Source of the DNA: an uncultured Herbinix sp.
GTDB taxonomy: Bacteria; Bacillota; Clostridia; Lachnospirales; Lachnospiraceae
Assembly (NCBI GenBank): GCA_964570535.1
Contig: CAZMYP010000002.1
Span: 3,012-67,011 of the forward strand
Reading direction: 5' to 3'
Length of the DNA stretch: 64,000 bases
A model generated the notes under the pieces. It was not told the origin of the DNA and did not search any database. It saw nothing but the letters and a program-made list of their open reading frames with translations. This document shows positions 20,197 to 30,888 of this stretch, one piece after another (position 1 is the stretch's first letter; every line of letters begins with the position of its first letter). The translations under genes were made by a program, and so were the position numbers.

Positions 20197-20240
20197 GGTC
20201 ATCATAGGGGTTCAAATTAAAAGAGGTAGCGGTAAATATT

Positions 20241-21131
20241 ATGTTGATAACAGATGAAAATATTATAAGGGAAAGAAAAGCAAGAGCTTCTATTACTGTT
20301 GAAGCGTCTTTAGTACTGACAATTTATTTATTATTTTTTATGAGCTTTCTATATTTTATACAGATTATTACTATGCAAGAGGTTTTGCAGGAGGCTCTTA
20401 CTGAAACAGGCTATAGTATGTCAAGAGTAGCATATATATACTCGGATTTTCAAGATGCATTAGATGCCGACAGCTTTGATTCCTCACTATTAGAGGAATA
20501 TGCCAAAGAAGGATTAGAGGAGATTGCCGGCAGCATCATTAATAAGCTAGTACTAAAGGGGGCGGTAAAAAGTAGAGTTAATACAAAGGCCTTTAACAGT
20601 GCCTGTATAGTGGGAGGCTTTGATGGTATTAGTTTTGATGAATCACAAATTCTAGAAGGTAATGCTGATATTGATATAGTAGCCAGGTATAGTGTAAAAA
20701 TCCCAATATGTATTTTTGGACTTTCAGATATGGATATGATACAGCGGGTAAGGCTCCGGGGCTGGAATGGACACCAAATTCCAGCCGTCTATTCAATCGT
20801 TGAGGAAGAGGGTAATGAAGATGAAACCATGGTCTATATTACTGAAAGCGGTAAAGTGTATCACACTAAGGATACTTGCTCTCATATAAGCTTATCCGTA
20901 GAGGCTATAATGGGAAAGCCAACTTGGCAGAGGAATAAAAATGGAGGAAAATATTATCCCTGTGAATCCTGCTGCGGTAAGGAGAGTGGGACAGCGGCTA
21001 CATATTATATAACCTCGTATGGGGACAGATATCATATAAGGAAGGACTGCTCTAGAATAAAAAGAACAGTTCTGAAAGTGCCCTTATCTGAAGTAGGGTC
21101 AAGAGCTCCATGTAAACGTTGTGGGCAATAA
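20241..21131 (+). CDS. TadE-like pseudopilin with two C-terminal His/Cys metal-binding repeats
   Basis: A|SITVEASLV; YHxxxxC...CxxC occurs twice. Confidence 0.82.
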   Translation: MLITDENIIRERKARASITVEASLVLTIYLLFFMSFLYFIQIITMQEVLQEALTETGYSMSRVAYIYSDFQDALDADSFDSSLLEEYAKEGLEEIAGSIINKLVLKGAVKSRVNTKAFNSACIVGGFDGISFDESQILEGNADIDIVARYSVKIPICIFGLSDMDMIQRVRLRGWNGHQIPAVYSIVEEEGNEDETMVYITESGKVYHTKDTCSHISLSVEAIMGKPTWQRNKNGGKYYPCESCCGKESGTAATYYITSYGDRYHIRKDCSRIKRTVLKVPLSEVGSRAPCKRCGQ

Positions 21132-21200
21132 AGACTTATCAATATTTAAAGGACTTAATAAGATAAATTATATAATAAAATAGAAGTTTGGAGGGAATGT

Positions 21201-21635
21201 ATGTGGGAATATTTGTCTAGAGGCTTAATCGGCCTTATGTTGGTTATAGTTGCAATTCAAGATATAAGGTGGAAGAAGATAAGGCTGTGGGTGGTTATAT
21301 TATGGGCAGTGCTTTTATGTATTTGCATACCCTTTTGTAATGGCTTATCTCTATTTGATAGAGCATGGGGATTATTATTGGGAGTCGGTGTGATGCTATT
21401 AAGTAAGGCCACTGGCGGTAAGATTGGTATTGGAGATGGATTAGTTCTGGGGGTTACCGGTATGGGACTTGGCTTCTGGGGCAATATGGAGCTTTTTGCG
21501 ATAGCTCTTGCAATAGCAGCTGTATTCTCCATTGGACTTATAGTCTTTTGTCGAGCAAATAGAAAAAAGAGTATACCCTTTATGCCCTTTCTTTTTATTT
21601 CATATCTATTTCTTAATGTTCCAATATTGAGTTAA
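21201..21635 (+). CDS. Prepilin peptidase (A24, TadV/CpaA-like)
   Basis: DIR...I, GIGDG aspartyl motif, IPFMPFL. Confidence 0.9.
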   Translation: MWEYLSRGLIGLMLVIVAIQDIRWKKIRLWVVILWAVLLCICIPFCNGLSLFDRAWGLLLGVGVMLLSKATGGKIGIGDGLVLGVTGMGLGFWGNMELFAIALAIAAVFSIGLIVFCRANRKKSIPFMPFLFISYLFLNVPILS

Positions 21636-21663
21636 GGTGTTAATAATAATGGGAGGAAATTAT

Positions 21664-22227
21664 TTGAATAAAAGGGTTAAAGGGAGCTTTACCATAGAAG
21701 CTGTATTTGTCCTGCCAACTGTGATATTTACCATGGTTTTTATTATCTATCTTTCCTTTTATTTGCACGACTATTGCAAAATTCAGGGAATGGCAGACCA
21801 TGTATTAAACAAAGCAGCTCTAAATATAAAACATAAGTCGGATATCATCACTGGGGAGATTTATTATGATGATATTAATAAAGGAGTTTTTACCAGGCTA
21901 TTTGAAGGAAAAGAAAAAGCAGAAGGTGAAATAGAGGATTACCTGTATGCAGAATTATCTACAGGGCTTTTTGCTACAAAAATTAATGAGGTTTCTATAT
22001 CAGCCAAGATTACACACATTACCATCATGGTTAAGGGAAGGTTTCAGATGCCTATAGGGGGTGTACCTTTATTAAGCTCTTTTGATAGGCTTCTTAAGGT
22101 AGAGGCTGATGCCTTGTATCATTATCCTGGGGACGTAGTTCGTATGTCTGAAGTTATACTTGATACTGGGACAAAAATAAAGGGATTTGATAAGTTAAAA
22201 GAAATAATAGAAGAGCTTTTGCCATAA
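21664..22227 (+). CDS. TadE family pseudopilin
   Basis: KG|SFTIEAVFVLP followed by a hydrophobic helix; TTG start after GGGAGG. Confidence 0.85.
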   Translation: MNKRVKGSFTIEAVFVLPTVIFTMVFIIYLSFYLHDYCKIQGMADHVLNKAALNIKHKSDIITGEIYYDDINKGVFTRLFEGKEKAEGEIEDYLYAELSTGLFATKINEVSISAKITHITIMVKGRFQMPIGGVPLLSSFDRLLKVEADALYHYPGDVVRMSEVILDTGTKIKGFDKLKEIIEELLP

Positions 22228-22249
22228 CATAAACGGGAGGAGAGATTTA

Positions 22250-23578
22250 ATGGTTGTTAGTTATAGAAAGGATATTCATCATAGTTACATAGTGCTACCC
22301 AAGAATGAAGGCTTTTGCGAGGAAGCCTATTGTGTTCGCATGCTCCAAGCAAATTCTATAGTAGGAATTATTAAGCCTGACCCTAGAACTATAGATAGTC
22401 AGGTGCTTTATTATTATGATATAACATCCAAACAGTCCTTAGATATAATATATGGTACAAATCAGGTTAATAATGATCAGATAGGTAGGCTTTATACAAG
22501 TCTGGTTGAAATTATTGAAAAAGCCTATGAATATCTACTTAATGAAAATGATCTTGTGTTAGTTCCTGAGCATATCTATATAGAGCTTTCCACTGGACAG
22601 GTAAATGTGTGTTATCTCCCTGGATATAATTGTAATATAAAGGATCAGATGACGGCTCTAGTTGAGTATATTTTAAATAAGGTTGATTATAAGGACAAGG
22701 ATGCTGTATTCTATGCATATAATTTATATTCAGTGTGCCGGAATGAAGGGTTTTCCTTTAATACTTTTAAGTTGGCCATAAAGGAGAAAAAGCAGCAAGA
22801 TAATTTAATGAAAAAGCATACAAATAAAATGCTTCAGACTGAGATTGAAGAAGGTAATAGGGAAAAGCAATCTTCCTCAAAACAGTTTCCGGTTATGATG
22901 GAGAAGATATCAGATGAAATCGAACAATATTATTATTCCCTGTGGGCCTATATATACACAGGAGCGTCTATTATAGGAGCCGCATTAATTCTTATATTCA
23001 GCATTAATATGAAGCTGGTATATACCTCTTTGGGAAATAGAATAGATTATGGTAAGCTTACGGCTTTGCTTTTGATACTTGTATGCATAAGTGGATATTT
23101 GATAAAGAAGATATGGGACAAGAATAATCGTTTGACAAAAATTATTAGCAGACAAGAATATGTTGATCCTTGTAGTGACCAGAGGGAAGAAAAAACTGAA
23201 AATATAAGCAAGAGTAAGCTATACCAAGAGGAGGAAGTAGACAATAGGACGGTTTTGCTAAATGAAAAGAGGTCACACTTTGATTGCTATCTAGAGCCCC
23301 AGGATATAGACACCTATGAAGTTATAAAAATAAAGGATTTCCCATTTGTTATAGGAAAACAACAAAACAATGTGGATTATTATCTTGATAATGAGATAGT
23401 AAGTAGATATCATACTAAGCTAACCAAGGATGATGACATATATTATATAACCGACCTAAACTCTACGAACGGAACATATTTAAATGAGAAGCCTCTGCTT
23501 TGCTACCAGAGACAAGAGCTTAAGGGAGAAGATAAGGTGGCTTTAGCCGGAATCAATTATTGTTTTAAGATTCAGTAA
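22250..23578 (+). CDS. DUF6382 (kinase-like) + 2 TM + FHA domain protein
   Basis: [25 protein letters not shown]; C-terminal FHA IGK...VSRYH...[11 protein letters not shown]. Confidence 0.85.
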   Translation: MVVSYRKDIHHSYIVLPKNEGFCEEAYCVRMLQANSIVGIIKPDPRTIDSQVLYYYDITSKQSLDIIYGTNQVNNDQIGRLYTSLVEIIEKAYEYLLNENDLVLVPEHIYIELSTGQVNVCYLPGYNCNIKDQMTALVEYILNKVDYKDKDAVFYAYNLYSVCRNEGFSFNTFKLAIKEKKQQDNLMKKHTNKMLQTEIEEGNREKQSSSKQFPVMMEKISDEIEQYYYSLWAYIYTGASIIGAALILIFSINMKLVYTSLGNRIDYGKLTALLLILVCISGYLIKKIWDKNNRLTKIISRQEYVDPCSDQREEKTENISKSKLYQEEEVDNRTVLLNEKRSHFDCYLEPQDIDTYEVIKIKDFPFVIGKQQNNVDYYLDNEIVSRYHTKLTKDDDIYYITDLNSTNGTYLNEKPLLCYQRQELKGEDKVALAGINYCFKIQ

Positions 23579-23684
23579 ATCTTATATGGAGATACTTCAT
23601 AACATTGGATGTTATTTATATTGTAAAGAACCGGATAAGAATGTTACAATAGACTTAATAAGGACTATGAAATGGGGTAGTGGA

Positions 23685-25187
23685 GTGAAGAAGTATGTTA
23701 TGGCACTTGATCAAGGGACAACTAGCTCCCGTTGTATAATATTTGATAAGTCAGGAAAAATAAAAAGCATGGCAAGCAAGGAATTTGACCAGATATATCC
23801 CCAGCCGGGATGGGTAGAACACGACCCTATGGATATATGGTCTTCACAAATTTCTGTGGCTACTGAGGCTATGGCAAAGCAGGGGATTAAAGCATCTGAG
23901 ATAGCCACCATTGGAATTACTAATCAGAGGGAGACTACAATTATTTGGAATAAAGCAACGGGGCAGCCCATTTGCAACGCTATTGTATGGCAATGTAGAA
24001 GAACTGCTGATATGATAGAGGATATAAAAAAGAGGGGATTGGAACCATATATCAGAGAAACTACAGGATTAATTCCTGATGCTTATTTTTCTGGGACCAA
24101 AATCAATTGGATCTTGGATAATGTTCCTGGGGCAAGAGCGGAAGCAGAGAAGGGAAACCTACTGTTTGGAACAGTTGATACATGGTTAATATGGAATTTA
24201 ACTAAGGGAAAGACCTTTGTAACTGATTATACCAATGCCTCTAGAACTATGATATTTGATATAAAGAAGCTTACTTGGGATGATAAACTATTAAAAGAGC
24301 TTGATATACCTTATGCTTTACTACCTGAGGTTAAGCCATCAAGCTATTTATATGGTTTTACTGATAGATCTCTTTTTGGGGTGGAGATACCGATTTCGGG
24401 AGTAGCTGGGGATCAGCAAGCTGCTTTATTTGGGCAATGTTGTTTTTCTAAGGGAGAGGCAAAAAATACTTATGGAACAGGTTGCTTTTTACTTATGAAT
24501 ACAGGAGAGAATCCTATATATTCTAATCATGGTCTTCTTACAACAATTGCGGCTTGTTCAAATGATACGCCTGTATATGCTCTAGAGGGTAGCGTATTTA
24601 TAGCTGGGGCAGCAGTTAAATGGTTAAGGGATGAGTTAAGATTGATTCATACAGCTGAGGAAAGTGAGAAATATGCCAATGAGGTAAAGGATACTCATGG
24701 TGCTTATGTAATACCCGCCTTTACAGGTCTTGGAGCTCCATATTGGGATCAGTATGCAAGAGGGGCAATTGTAGGAATTACCCGAGGCTGTGGTCGCGAG
24801 CATATAATCCGTGCAACCTTAGAATCTATAGCCTATCAGACCTATGATGTGATAAAAGCCATGGAAAGCGATTTGGGTGAAGACCTAAAGCCCCTAAGAG
24901 TAGATGGAGGCGTCTGTTCCAATAACTTCGTTATGCAGTTTCAAGCAGATATCCTAGACAACAAGGTACTAAAACCAGAATGTATTGAAACTACAGCTTT
25001 AGGATCCGCTTACTTAGCAGGACTAGCCGTGGGATTTTGGAAGGACAAGGATGAAATAAAGAATAACTGGGCTTTATCAAAAACATTTACACCTAATATG
25101 GACCATGTACAAAGAGAAGAATTACTAGAGGGTTGGCATAAGGCAATTAGGCGCTCTTTTGCATGGGATAAGAGCAAATCAGAATAG
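23685..25187 (+). CDS. glpK: Glycerol kinase
   Basis: [35 protein letters not shown]; GTG start at 23685. Confidence 0.97.
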   Translation: MKKYVMALDQGTTSSRCIIFDKSGKIKSMASKEFDQIYPQPGWVEHDPMDIWSSQISVATEAMAKQGIKASEIATIGITNQRETTIIWNKATGQPICNAIVWQCRRTADMIEDIKKRGLEPYIRETTGLIPDAYFSGTKINWILDNVPGARAEAEKGNLLFGTVDTWLIWNLTKGKTFVTDYTNASRTMIFDIKKLTWDDKLLKELDIPYALLPEVKPSSYLYGFTDRSLFGVEIPISGVAGDQQAALFGQCCFSKGEAKNTYGTGCFLLMNTGENPIYSNHGLLTTIAACSNDTPVYALEGSVFIAGAAVKWLRDELRLIHTAEESEKYANEVKDTHGAYVIPAFTGLGAPYWDQYARGAIVGITRGCGREHIIRATLESIAYQTYDVIKAMESDLGEDLKPLRVDGGVCSNNFVMQFQADILDNKVLKPECIETTALGSAYLAGLAVGFWKDKDEIKNNWALSKTFTPNMDHVQREELLEGWHKAIRRSFAWDKSKSE

Positions 25188-25190
25188 GAC

Positions 25191-26306
25191 ATGGGTAAAA
25201 TGAAGATAGAAGACGGTATTATCAAACAATTAGCTGATATGGAATATCAGCAATTAGATATAAAAACAAGCTATATGGATATGTTCTATCATTCGGATCA
25301 GGATAGAACAGAGATTATTCTTATTCTTAGAGCAATAACAGGGGATGAAATAACTTCTGAAGAGTATAAGCTGATAACTAGCAATATTAAAAACAGCTTT
25401 ATCGAAAGGGGTTTTTCTGACATTCATCTATTAGGGCTTATAATTACTGCTATGCCTAAAAGAGCAAAGAAGTTTATTATTGAGCAAGACGACCACATTA
25501 TTGTGGATTTATGGGATAGGCGGCTTATAATATATGAAAATCAATCTTCTAATTTCTCAACACTAATACCAATAATAGAGAATATAATTCATGAGGATGC
25601 CTATGATACTGGTCTAGACAAAAGCGGATATGGTAAAAGCTACAAAGCCAATCCTATAAAGATGCAATGGGTTTCTTTGTTCAACACCTTATTAATAGTG
25701 GCAAATATTATTATATACCTTTTGCTTCACAATACAGAATTGATTGGAGGAAGCTACAATGCACTTCAAAAGGGAGCTTTGTCTTGGGACTTAATAAAGA
25801 ACAAAGGTGAATACTATAGAATATTAACATCTATGTTTCTACATTCAGATTTTGAGCATTTAGTAAACAACATGATTGTCTTGTTTTTTGTCGGATACAA
25901 CCTAGAACGTGCAATAGGTAAGAGCAAATATTTGATTATTTATTTTGGTTCTGGAATTATTGCAGGTATTTCTTCTATGGGATATAATATGATAAAAGAG
26001 AGATGGGTGTTTTCTATTGGGGCATCTGGTGCTATCTTTGGTGTTGTAGGCGCCATGGTGTATATTTTGCTGGTTAACAAGGGGCGTCTTCAGGACATAA
26101 GTAGCAGGCAGATTATTTTGTTTACCATATTCAGTTTATATGGAGGTATAGCTAATACAGATATAGACAACGCGGCTCATATTGGAGGTTTTGTTGGAGG
26201 AGTAATACTGGCAATTATCCTATATAGGAAGCAGAAAAGCAGTTTAAAAAAGAGCAGTCCAGTAGAAGCTACAGATGAGGAAGGAGTACGGATTAATGAG
26301 GATTAA
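25191..26306 (+). CDS. Rhomboid intramembrane serine protease with N-terminal soluble domain
   Basis: YR...SMFLH....HL.NNM, GASGA, AHIGG. Confidence 0.93.
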   Translation: MGKMKIEDGIIKQLADMEYQQLDIKTSYMDMFYHSDQDRTEIILILRAITGDEITSEEYKLITSNIKNSFIERGFSDIHLLGLIITAMPKRAKKFIIEQDDHIIVDLWDRRLIIYENQSSNFSTLIPIIENIIHEDAYDTGLDKSGYGKSYKANPIKMQWVSLFNTLLIVANIIIYLLLHNTELIGGSYNALQKGALSWDLIKNKGEYYRILTSMFLHSDFEHLVNNMIVLFFVGYNLERAIGKSKYLIIYFGSGIIAGISSMGYNMIKERWVFSIGASGAIFGVVGAMVYILLVNKGRLQDISSRQIILFTIFSLYGGIANTDIDNAAHIGGFVGGVILAIILYRKQKSSLKKSSPVEATDEEGVRINED

Positions 26307-27294
26307 TATCTATTATGGTGGTAGAGGGTTAATCGAGGATCCCACCTTATATGTTATAGGAAAGCTAACTGAGGTATTAACTGAGCTAAGAGTTAAGGTC
26401 ACCAGATACAACCTCTATGAAGAAAAGAATACCATATCAATGCTTCCAAAGACACTAAAGGAGGCAGATGGTATTATATTAGCAACTACAGTTGAGTGGA
26501 TGGGAATAGGCGGATATATGCAGCAGTTTCTGGATGCTTGTTGGCTATACGCAGACAAGGGAAAGCTAGAAAAGCTATATATGATGCCTGTAGTTACTGC
26601 CAGCACCTATGGGGAAAGAGAGGCAAAGCTCGTACTAACCCAAGGGTGGGAGATGATTGGAGGAATTCCATATAACGGCTTATCTGCCTATGTGGAGGAT
26701 CATACAGAATTTGAAACAAATACAGACTATGCTAGAACAATAGAAAAGGTAGCTGAGGAATATTACCGAGTTATAAATCAAAAGATGAGGATGCTTCCGG
26801 CAAGTAATGTTGTACTTAGAAAGAATCTTCTAAAAAGCAACTCCATTATATTGACACCTCAAGAAAGTGAACAGCTGTCAGTGTACGTTTCTGATGATGC
26901 ATATGTAAAGAAACAAAAGGAAGATATTGAGGAGCTAACTCAGTTATATAAGGGAATGCTAGATGGTGGAGATGGAGAGGCTGGGCAGGAATTTGTCCGT
27001 AATCTTAAAGAAAACTTTCATCCAATTGAAGAATTTTCGGCAACATATTCAATAAACATTTCAGATATTAAAAAAACCTTGGTTATTGAGATTCAAGAGA
27101 GCCATTTAAAATGCTATTATGGTGAAAAAACAGATGCAGATGTTATAGCAAAGACCTCCAAAGAGGTAATGAATAAGCTGGTTCTTGGTAGAGTAACCTT
27201 TCAAGGTGCCTTTATGTCTGGTGAGTTAACGGCAAAGGGAAACTTTAAGACCCTAAGGACCTTTGATCAGGTGTTCCAGTTCAACATATTATAG
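26296..27294 (+). CDS. Flavodoxin-like (FMN reductase fold) + SCP2 sterol-binding domain protein
   Basis: N-terminal INIYYGG...ADGIILATTVEW; C-terminal FQGAFMSGELTAKGNF. Confidence 0.8.
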   Translation: MRINIYYGGRGLIEDPTLYVIGKLTEVLTELRVKVTRYNLYEEKNTISMLPKTLKEADGIILATTVEWMGIGGYMQQFLDACWLYADKGKLEKLYMMPVVTASTYGEREAKLVLTQGWEMIGGIPYNGLSAYVEDHTEFETNTDYARTIEKVAEEYYRVINQKMRMLPASNVVLRKNLLKSNSIILTPQESEQLSVYVSDDAYVKKQKEDIEELTQLYKGMLDGGDGEAGQEFVRNLKENFHPIEEFSATYSINISDIKKTLVIEIQESHLKCYYGEKTDADVIAKTSKEVMNKLVLGRVTFQGAFMSGELTAKGNFKTLRTFDQVFQFNIL

Positions 27295-28047
27295 GCGAGT
27301 GGCTACAGGTAATAGAATAGTAAAGCTAGTTACTTCCTCGCAAGAAGAGACATTAATAGTACCTAAGTGACATTCAATAATTCGCTTAGCCAGAGCAAGT
27401 CCAATTCCTGTTCCGTTCTTTTTATGGGTTACAAATGGTTGGAAGATGCTTTCAATAAAATCCTCGTCAATGGAGGGACCATTATTATTAATTTGAATAG
27501 AAACCATAGGAGAAGTGTTTCCTAGGCTGATGTTCAGTATCACTTCGATATAATCACCTACTGATGTTGCTTCTAAGGCATTCTTAATAAGATTAGATAG
27601 AACCTGCTTCATTTTGGTAGAATCGCAGAAAAATGAAATTAACGCAGCTTCACACTCAGGTGCAACCTTAATAGATAGATGCTTTTGTTGCTTATCAGCT
27701 TGTGGCATATAATTGTTAACCACGGTTTGAGCTAAAGTTATTAAATTAGTGTTTTCAAGATTAAGGACGGTATTAATATTTAGTATAGAGGCATCAGTGA
27801 TCATAAAGGACATATCCTCAATCAATTCAAAAAGTTGACCCCAATACTTGTATTCCTTGGCTTCGGGGTGTTTCGTTTCTATGTACTGGAGAGTTCCCTT
27901 TATAAGAGACAATGGATTTCTAAGCTCATGTATAAACATAGATGTTATTCGTTTGTTATTTTCCATTATCTTTTGGATAGTATCGTCTGTAATAACACTT
28001 GAGTTAAGTTTACTTGTTTGCTCTTCTAAATTAATATCACGGTTCAT
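27289..28047 (-). CDS. Orphan cytoplasmic histidine kinase (HisKA + HATPase only)
   Basis: HELRNPL, NLIKNALEA, NNGPSI, FQPFVT.K..GTGIGL; no transmembrane or sensor domain; start at ATG 28047 after AAAGGAG. Confidence 0.9.
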   Translation of the reverse strand: MNRDINLEEQTSKLNSSVITDDTIQKIMENNKRITSMFIHELRNPLSLIKGTLQYIETKHPEAKEYKYWGQLFELIEDMSFMITDASILNINTVLNLENTNLITLAQTVVNNYMPQADKQQKHLSIKVAPECEAALISFFCDSTKMKQVLSNLIKNALEATSVGDYIEVILNISLGNTSPMVSIQINNNGPSIDEDFIESIFQPFVTHKKNGTGIGLALAKRIIECHLGTINVSSCEEVTSFTILLPVATRL

Positions 28048-28173
28048 GGGAGCTCCTTTCCTAATGCCTACAAGGAATAATTGCGTTTTCAAATAATTTA
28101 CAATATAATAATATCAAACATTGGAAAATAAAGCAAGATATTAGTGAATTTTATTAAGAAGGAGAGAAATTAA

Positions 28174-28587
28174 ATGGAGAACTGTATTTTTTGTAGAATT
28201 ATTGGAGGAGAGATTCCTTCGTCTACCGTCTATGAGGATGATGATTTTAAGGTGATTATGGATATATCTCCTGCAGCAAAAGGGCATACTATTATTCTTA
28301 CTAAAAAGCATTTTGCAAATCTTTTGGAATTAGAGGACAAAGTGGCTGAGAAGGGGCTTGTAGTAGCTAAGAAGGTTGCAGCGGCAATGAAGGAGCAGCT
28401 TGGTTGTGATGGTATAAATCTTCTACAAAACAATGGAGAGGCAGCAGGACAGTCTGTGTTTCACTTACACTTTCATATAATACCAAGATATAAGGATGAC
28501 AACGTGAAGCTACCATGGGTACCGGTCAAATATGAAGAGGGCGAGGCTATGGAATTAGCAACTAAGATAGCAAACAGAATAAAGTAA
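28174..28587 (+). CDS. HIT family nucleotide hydrolase
   Basis: CIFC..I, GQSVFHLHFHIIPR. Confidence 0.95.
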   Translation: MENCIFCRIIGGEIPSSTVYEDDDFKVIMDISPAAKGHTIILTKKHFANLLELEDKVAEKGLVVAKKVAAAMKEQLGCDGINLLQNNGEAAGQSVFHLHFHIIPRYKDDNVKLPWVPVKYEEGEAMELATKIANRIK

Positions 28588-28610
28588 ATAAGTTTAGTTA
28601 AGAAATATAG

Positions 28611-28666
28611 AAAGCTGTTTATACTTATTGAAGTGTGATGTAACCCCAATAAGTATAAACAGCTTT
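28611..28666. terminator. 20-bp inverted repeat, likely bidirectional terminator
   Basis: aaagctgtttatacttattg / caataagtataaacagcttt followed by a T-run. Confidence 0.75.
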
Positions 28667-28683
28667 TTTCATCTAATAGGAAA

Positions 28684-28767
28684 GATGCGCACTCGCGCGT
28701 TTTGTATTTAGCCAGCAAGCTGGTCGTGCTCGGCTCGAGGGTTCCGCAAGCGAAACCCTTTCTTGTA
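28684..28767. repeat. 84-bp GC-rich dispersed repeat, copy 2
   Basis: 80/84 identical to 2292-2375, same orientation. Confidence 0.92.
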
Positions 28768-28778
28768 ATAAGGATAGT

Positions 28779-29843
28779 TTACAATTCAGTTTTCTTAATT
28801 AAGTCGACAATTATATCTATGGAATTATTCAGCTTGCTTTTATTCATTGCCTCAATGTATTGCTGCTTGTTTTCCATAACAGTCTCTATGGCCTGTAAGA
28901 GACTACTGACACTTAGGTCCTCTTCTTTAAGAACATAGGAATAGCCTTGGAGCTGGAAGGATTCGGCATTTAGGATCTGATCTCCGCGGCTAGCGTTCTG
29001 ACTAAGTGGAATTAATATATGGGGTATTCTCAGGGCTAGAAGCTCACAAATTGCATTTGCCCCGGCCCTAGATATTACAAGGCTACTGGCGGCAAATAAA
29101 TCACTAAGTTCCTTTTTGAGATATTCATATTGCACATATCCATTTATATTTGTAAGCTCAGAATCAAGGTTACCCTTTCCACAAATATGTATAATTTGAT
29201 AATCTCGTAAAAGTGTGGGGAGCATTCCCCTAACCACATCATTAATTACCTTGGAGCCGGTGCTACCACCGATTATCATTATCGCCGGTTTGTTGGCTGT
29301 GAAATTACAAAAATCTAAGCCTTTGATTTTGTTGCCAGAAAACAATTCGCTTCGTATGGGTGTACCAGTAAGTACAGCCTTTTCCTTAGGGAGATATTTC
29401 ATGGTCTCCGGAAAGTTTGAGCATACCTTTTTAGCTGAAGGAATAGCAATCTTATTAGCAAGACCAGGTGTTATATCAGATTCATGGATAATCACAGGAA
29501 TTTTAAGGCTTTTAGCTGCCAAGACAACAGGTACAGTTACAAATCCACCCTTGGAAAAAAGAATATCAGGATTTAATTTTTTTAGTATTTTACGAGCCTC
29601 AAAATACCCTTTAATAACCTTAAAGGGATCGGATAAATTCTTTATATCAAGATACCTTCTTAGTTTACCAGAGGATATACCATAATACGGGATATTATAT
29701 TCTTTAATCAGCTTACCTTCAATTCCCTCGTAGGATCCGATATAATGGATATCATAGCCTTCCTTGGTAAGAGCCGGCAGTAATGCGATGCATGGGGTTA
29801 CATGTCCGGCTGTTCCGCCACCGGTTAATACAATTCGCTTCAT
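28779..29843 (-). CDS. murG: Lipid II GlcNAc transferase MurG
   Basis: [35 protein letters not shown]. Confidence 0.96.
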   Translation of the reverse strand: MKRIVLTGGGTAGHVTPCIALLPALTKEGYDIHYIGSYEGIEGKLIKEYNIPYYGISSGKLRRYLDIKNLSDPFKVIKGYFEARKILKKLNPDILFSKGGFVTVPVVLAAKSLKIPVIIHESDITPGLANKIAIPSAKKVCSNFPETMKYLPKEKAVLTGTPIRSELFSGNKIKGLDFCNFTANKPAIMIIGGSTGSKVINDVVRGMLPTLLRDYQIIHICGKGNLDSELTNINGYVQYEYLKKELSDLFAASSLVISRAGANAICELLALRIPHILIPLSQNASRGDQILNAESFQLQGYSYVLKEEDLSVSSLLQAIETVMENKQQYIEAMNKSKLNNSIDIIVDLIKKTEL

Positions 29844-29973
29844 TTTGAAGACCTCCAATTCATGAAAACCTATATGTACATTAATACATAATCGACTACA
29901 TTTTAGCTTACAAATAAGGTTTTTGCAAATACTTTTTATGTTTCTCCTTGAACAAACAAGTGTTTGCGGGGAT

Positions 29974-30008
29974 TGCTATATCATGGTATAATATACCGTG
30001 ATATAGCA
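29974..30008. promoter_or_regulatory. 17-bp inverted repeat covering an extended -10 (TGGTATAAT) of the ABC operon; putative operator
   Basis: tgctatatcatggtata-a-tataccgtgatatagca (1 mismatch). Confidence 0.65.
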
Positions 30009-30069
30009 GGCATTACTAAAATATTATCCATACCATATCTGCATATAGGTTAATAAAGGGGAAGATTTA

Positions 30070-30888
30070 ATGAAAACCATAAAACAAAAGTTTAATATTC
30101 TGCGGGCGGTCGCAGTGGTTACATATAAGGAGTGGAGTGCTTATCGTACTCACTCCATGGTTTCTATATTTGTAGGACCTGTATATTTTATTGTTCAATA
30201 TTTTATATGGACTGCAGCCTATGGAGTGAAAACAGAACTAAACGGAATGGATTTGACTCAAATGATAACTTATTTTGGGGCATCTACCCTAATCGGATAT
30301 CTTACAATGGATTTTGCAGACTGGAACCTTCAAATGTTAATACGAACCGGCAAATTTATCACATTTACCTTGAGACCGATTCACCATCGCTTTTTTGCCT
30401 TTTCTCAAAAGGTGGGTCATAGGTTATTAGGTCTGTTATTTGAATTTATCCCATGCTATATTATATTTACTTTACTGTTTAAGGTGCCCTTGGTTCCTAG
30501 GCATATAGGATGGACCATCTTATCGGTAATATTGGCATTTTTAATGAATTTTTATATTCATTATATACTTGGAATGACAGCATTTTGGTTTACTCAGTCT
30601 TCAGGACTCCGTAGGATATTTGATCTTTTGTCAGGTGTTTTTTCGGGAGTATTTATACCATTGGTGTTTTTTCCACAAACTATTCAAGGGGCTTTGCTTT
30701 TCCTCCCATTTCCCTATATGTCTTATGTACCAGTCATGGTCTTTACAGGAAATTTTAACTTGGCAGGAATACAGATGGATATTCCAGTGATTGTAGGAAT
30801 TCAGGCTTTGGCAGTATGTATTACTATGGCATTTAGTGAGCTTATATACCGAGCATCTATGAGAAGATTCAACGGTGTAGGAGCTTAA
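30070..30888 (+). CDS. ABC-2 family permease (DUF990 type)
   Basis: 6 TM; IRTG.F...LRP, SG..IPL.FFP. Confidence 0.88.
   Translation: MKTIKQKFNILRAVAVVTYKEWSAYRTHSMVSIFVGPVYFIVQYFIWTAAYGVKTELNGMDLTQMITYFGASTLIGYLTMDFADWNLQMLIRTGKFITFTLRPIHHRFFAFSQKVGHRLLGLLFEFIPCYIIFTLLFKVPLVPRHIGWTILSVILAFLMNFYIHYILGMTAFWFTQSSGLRRIFDLLSGVFSGVFIPLVFFPQTIQGALLFLPFPYMSYVPVMVFTGNFNLAGIQMDIPVIVGIQALAVCITMAFSELIYRASMRRFNGVGA

Noticed and set aside
28473-28938. ORFs 28473-28718 (-) and 28702-28938 (+)
   Set aside because: They cross the terminator and repeat and lie antisense to HIT and murG; no RBS or recognisable motif.
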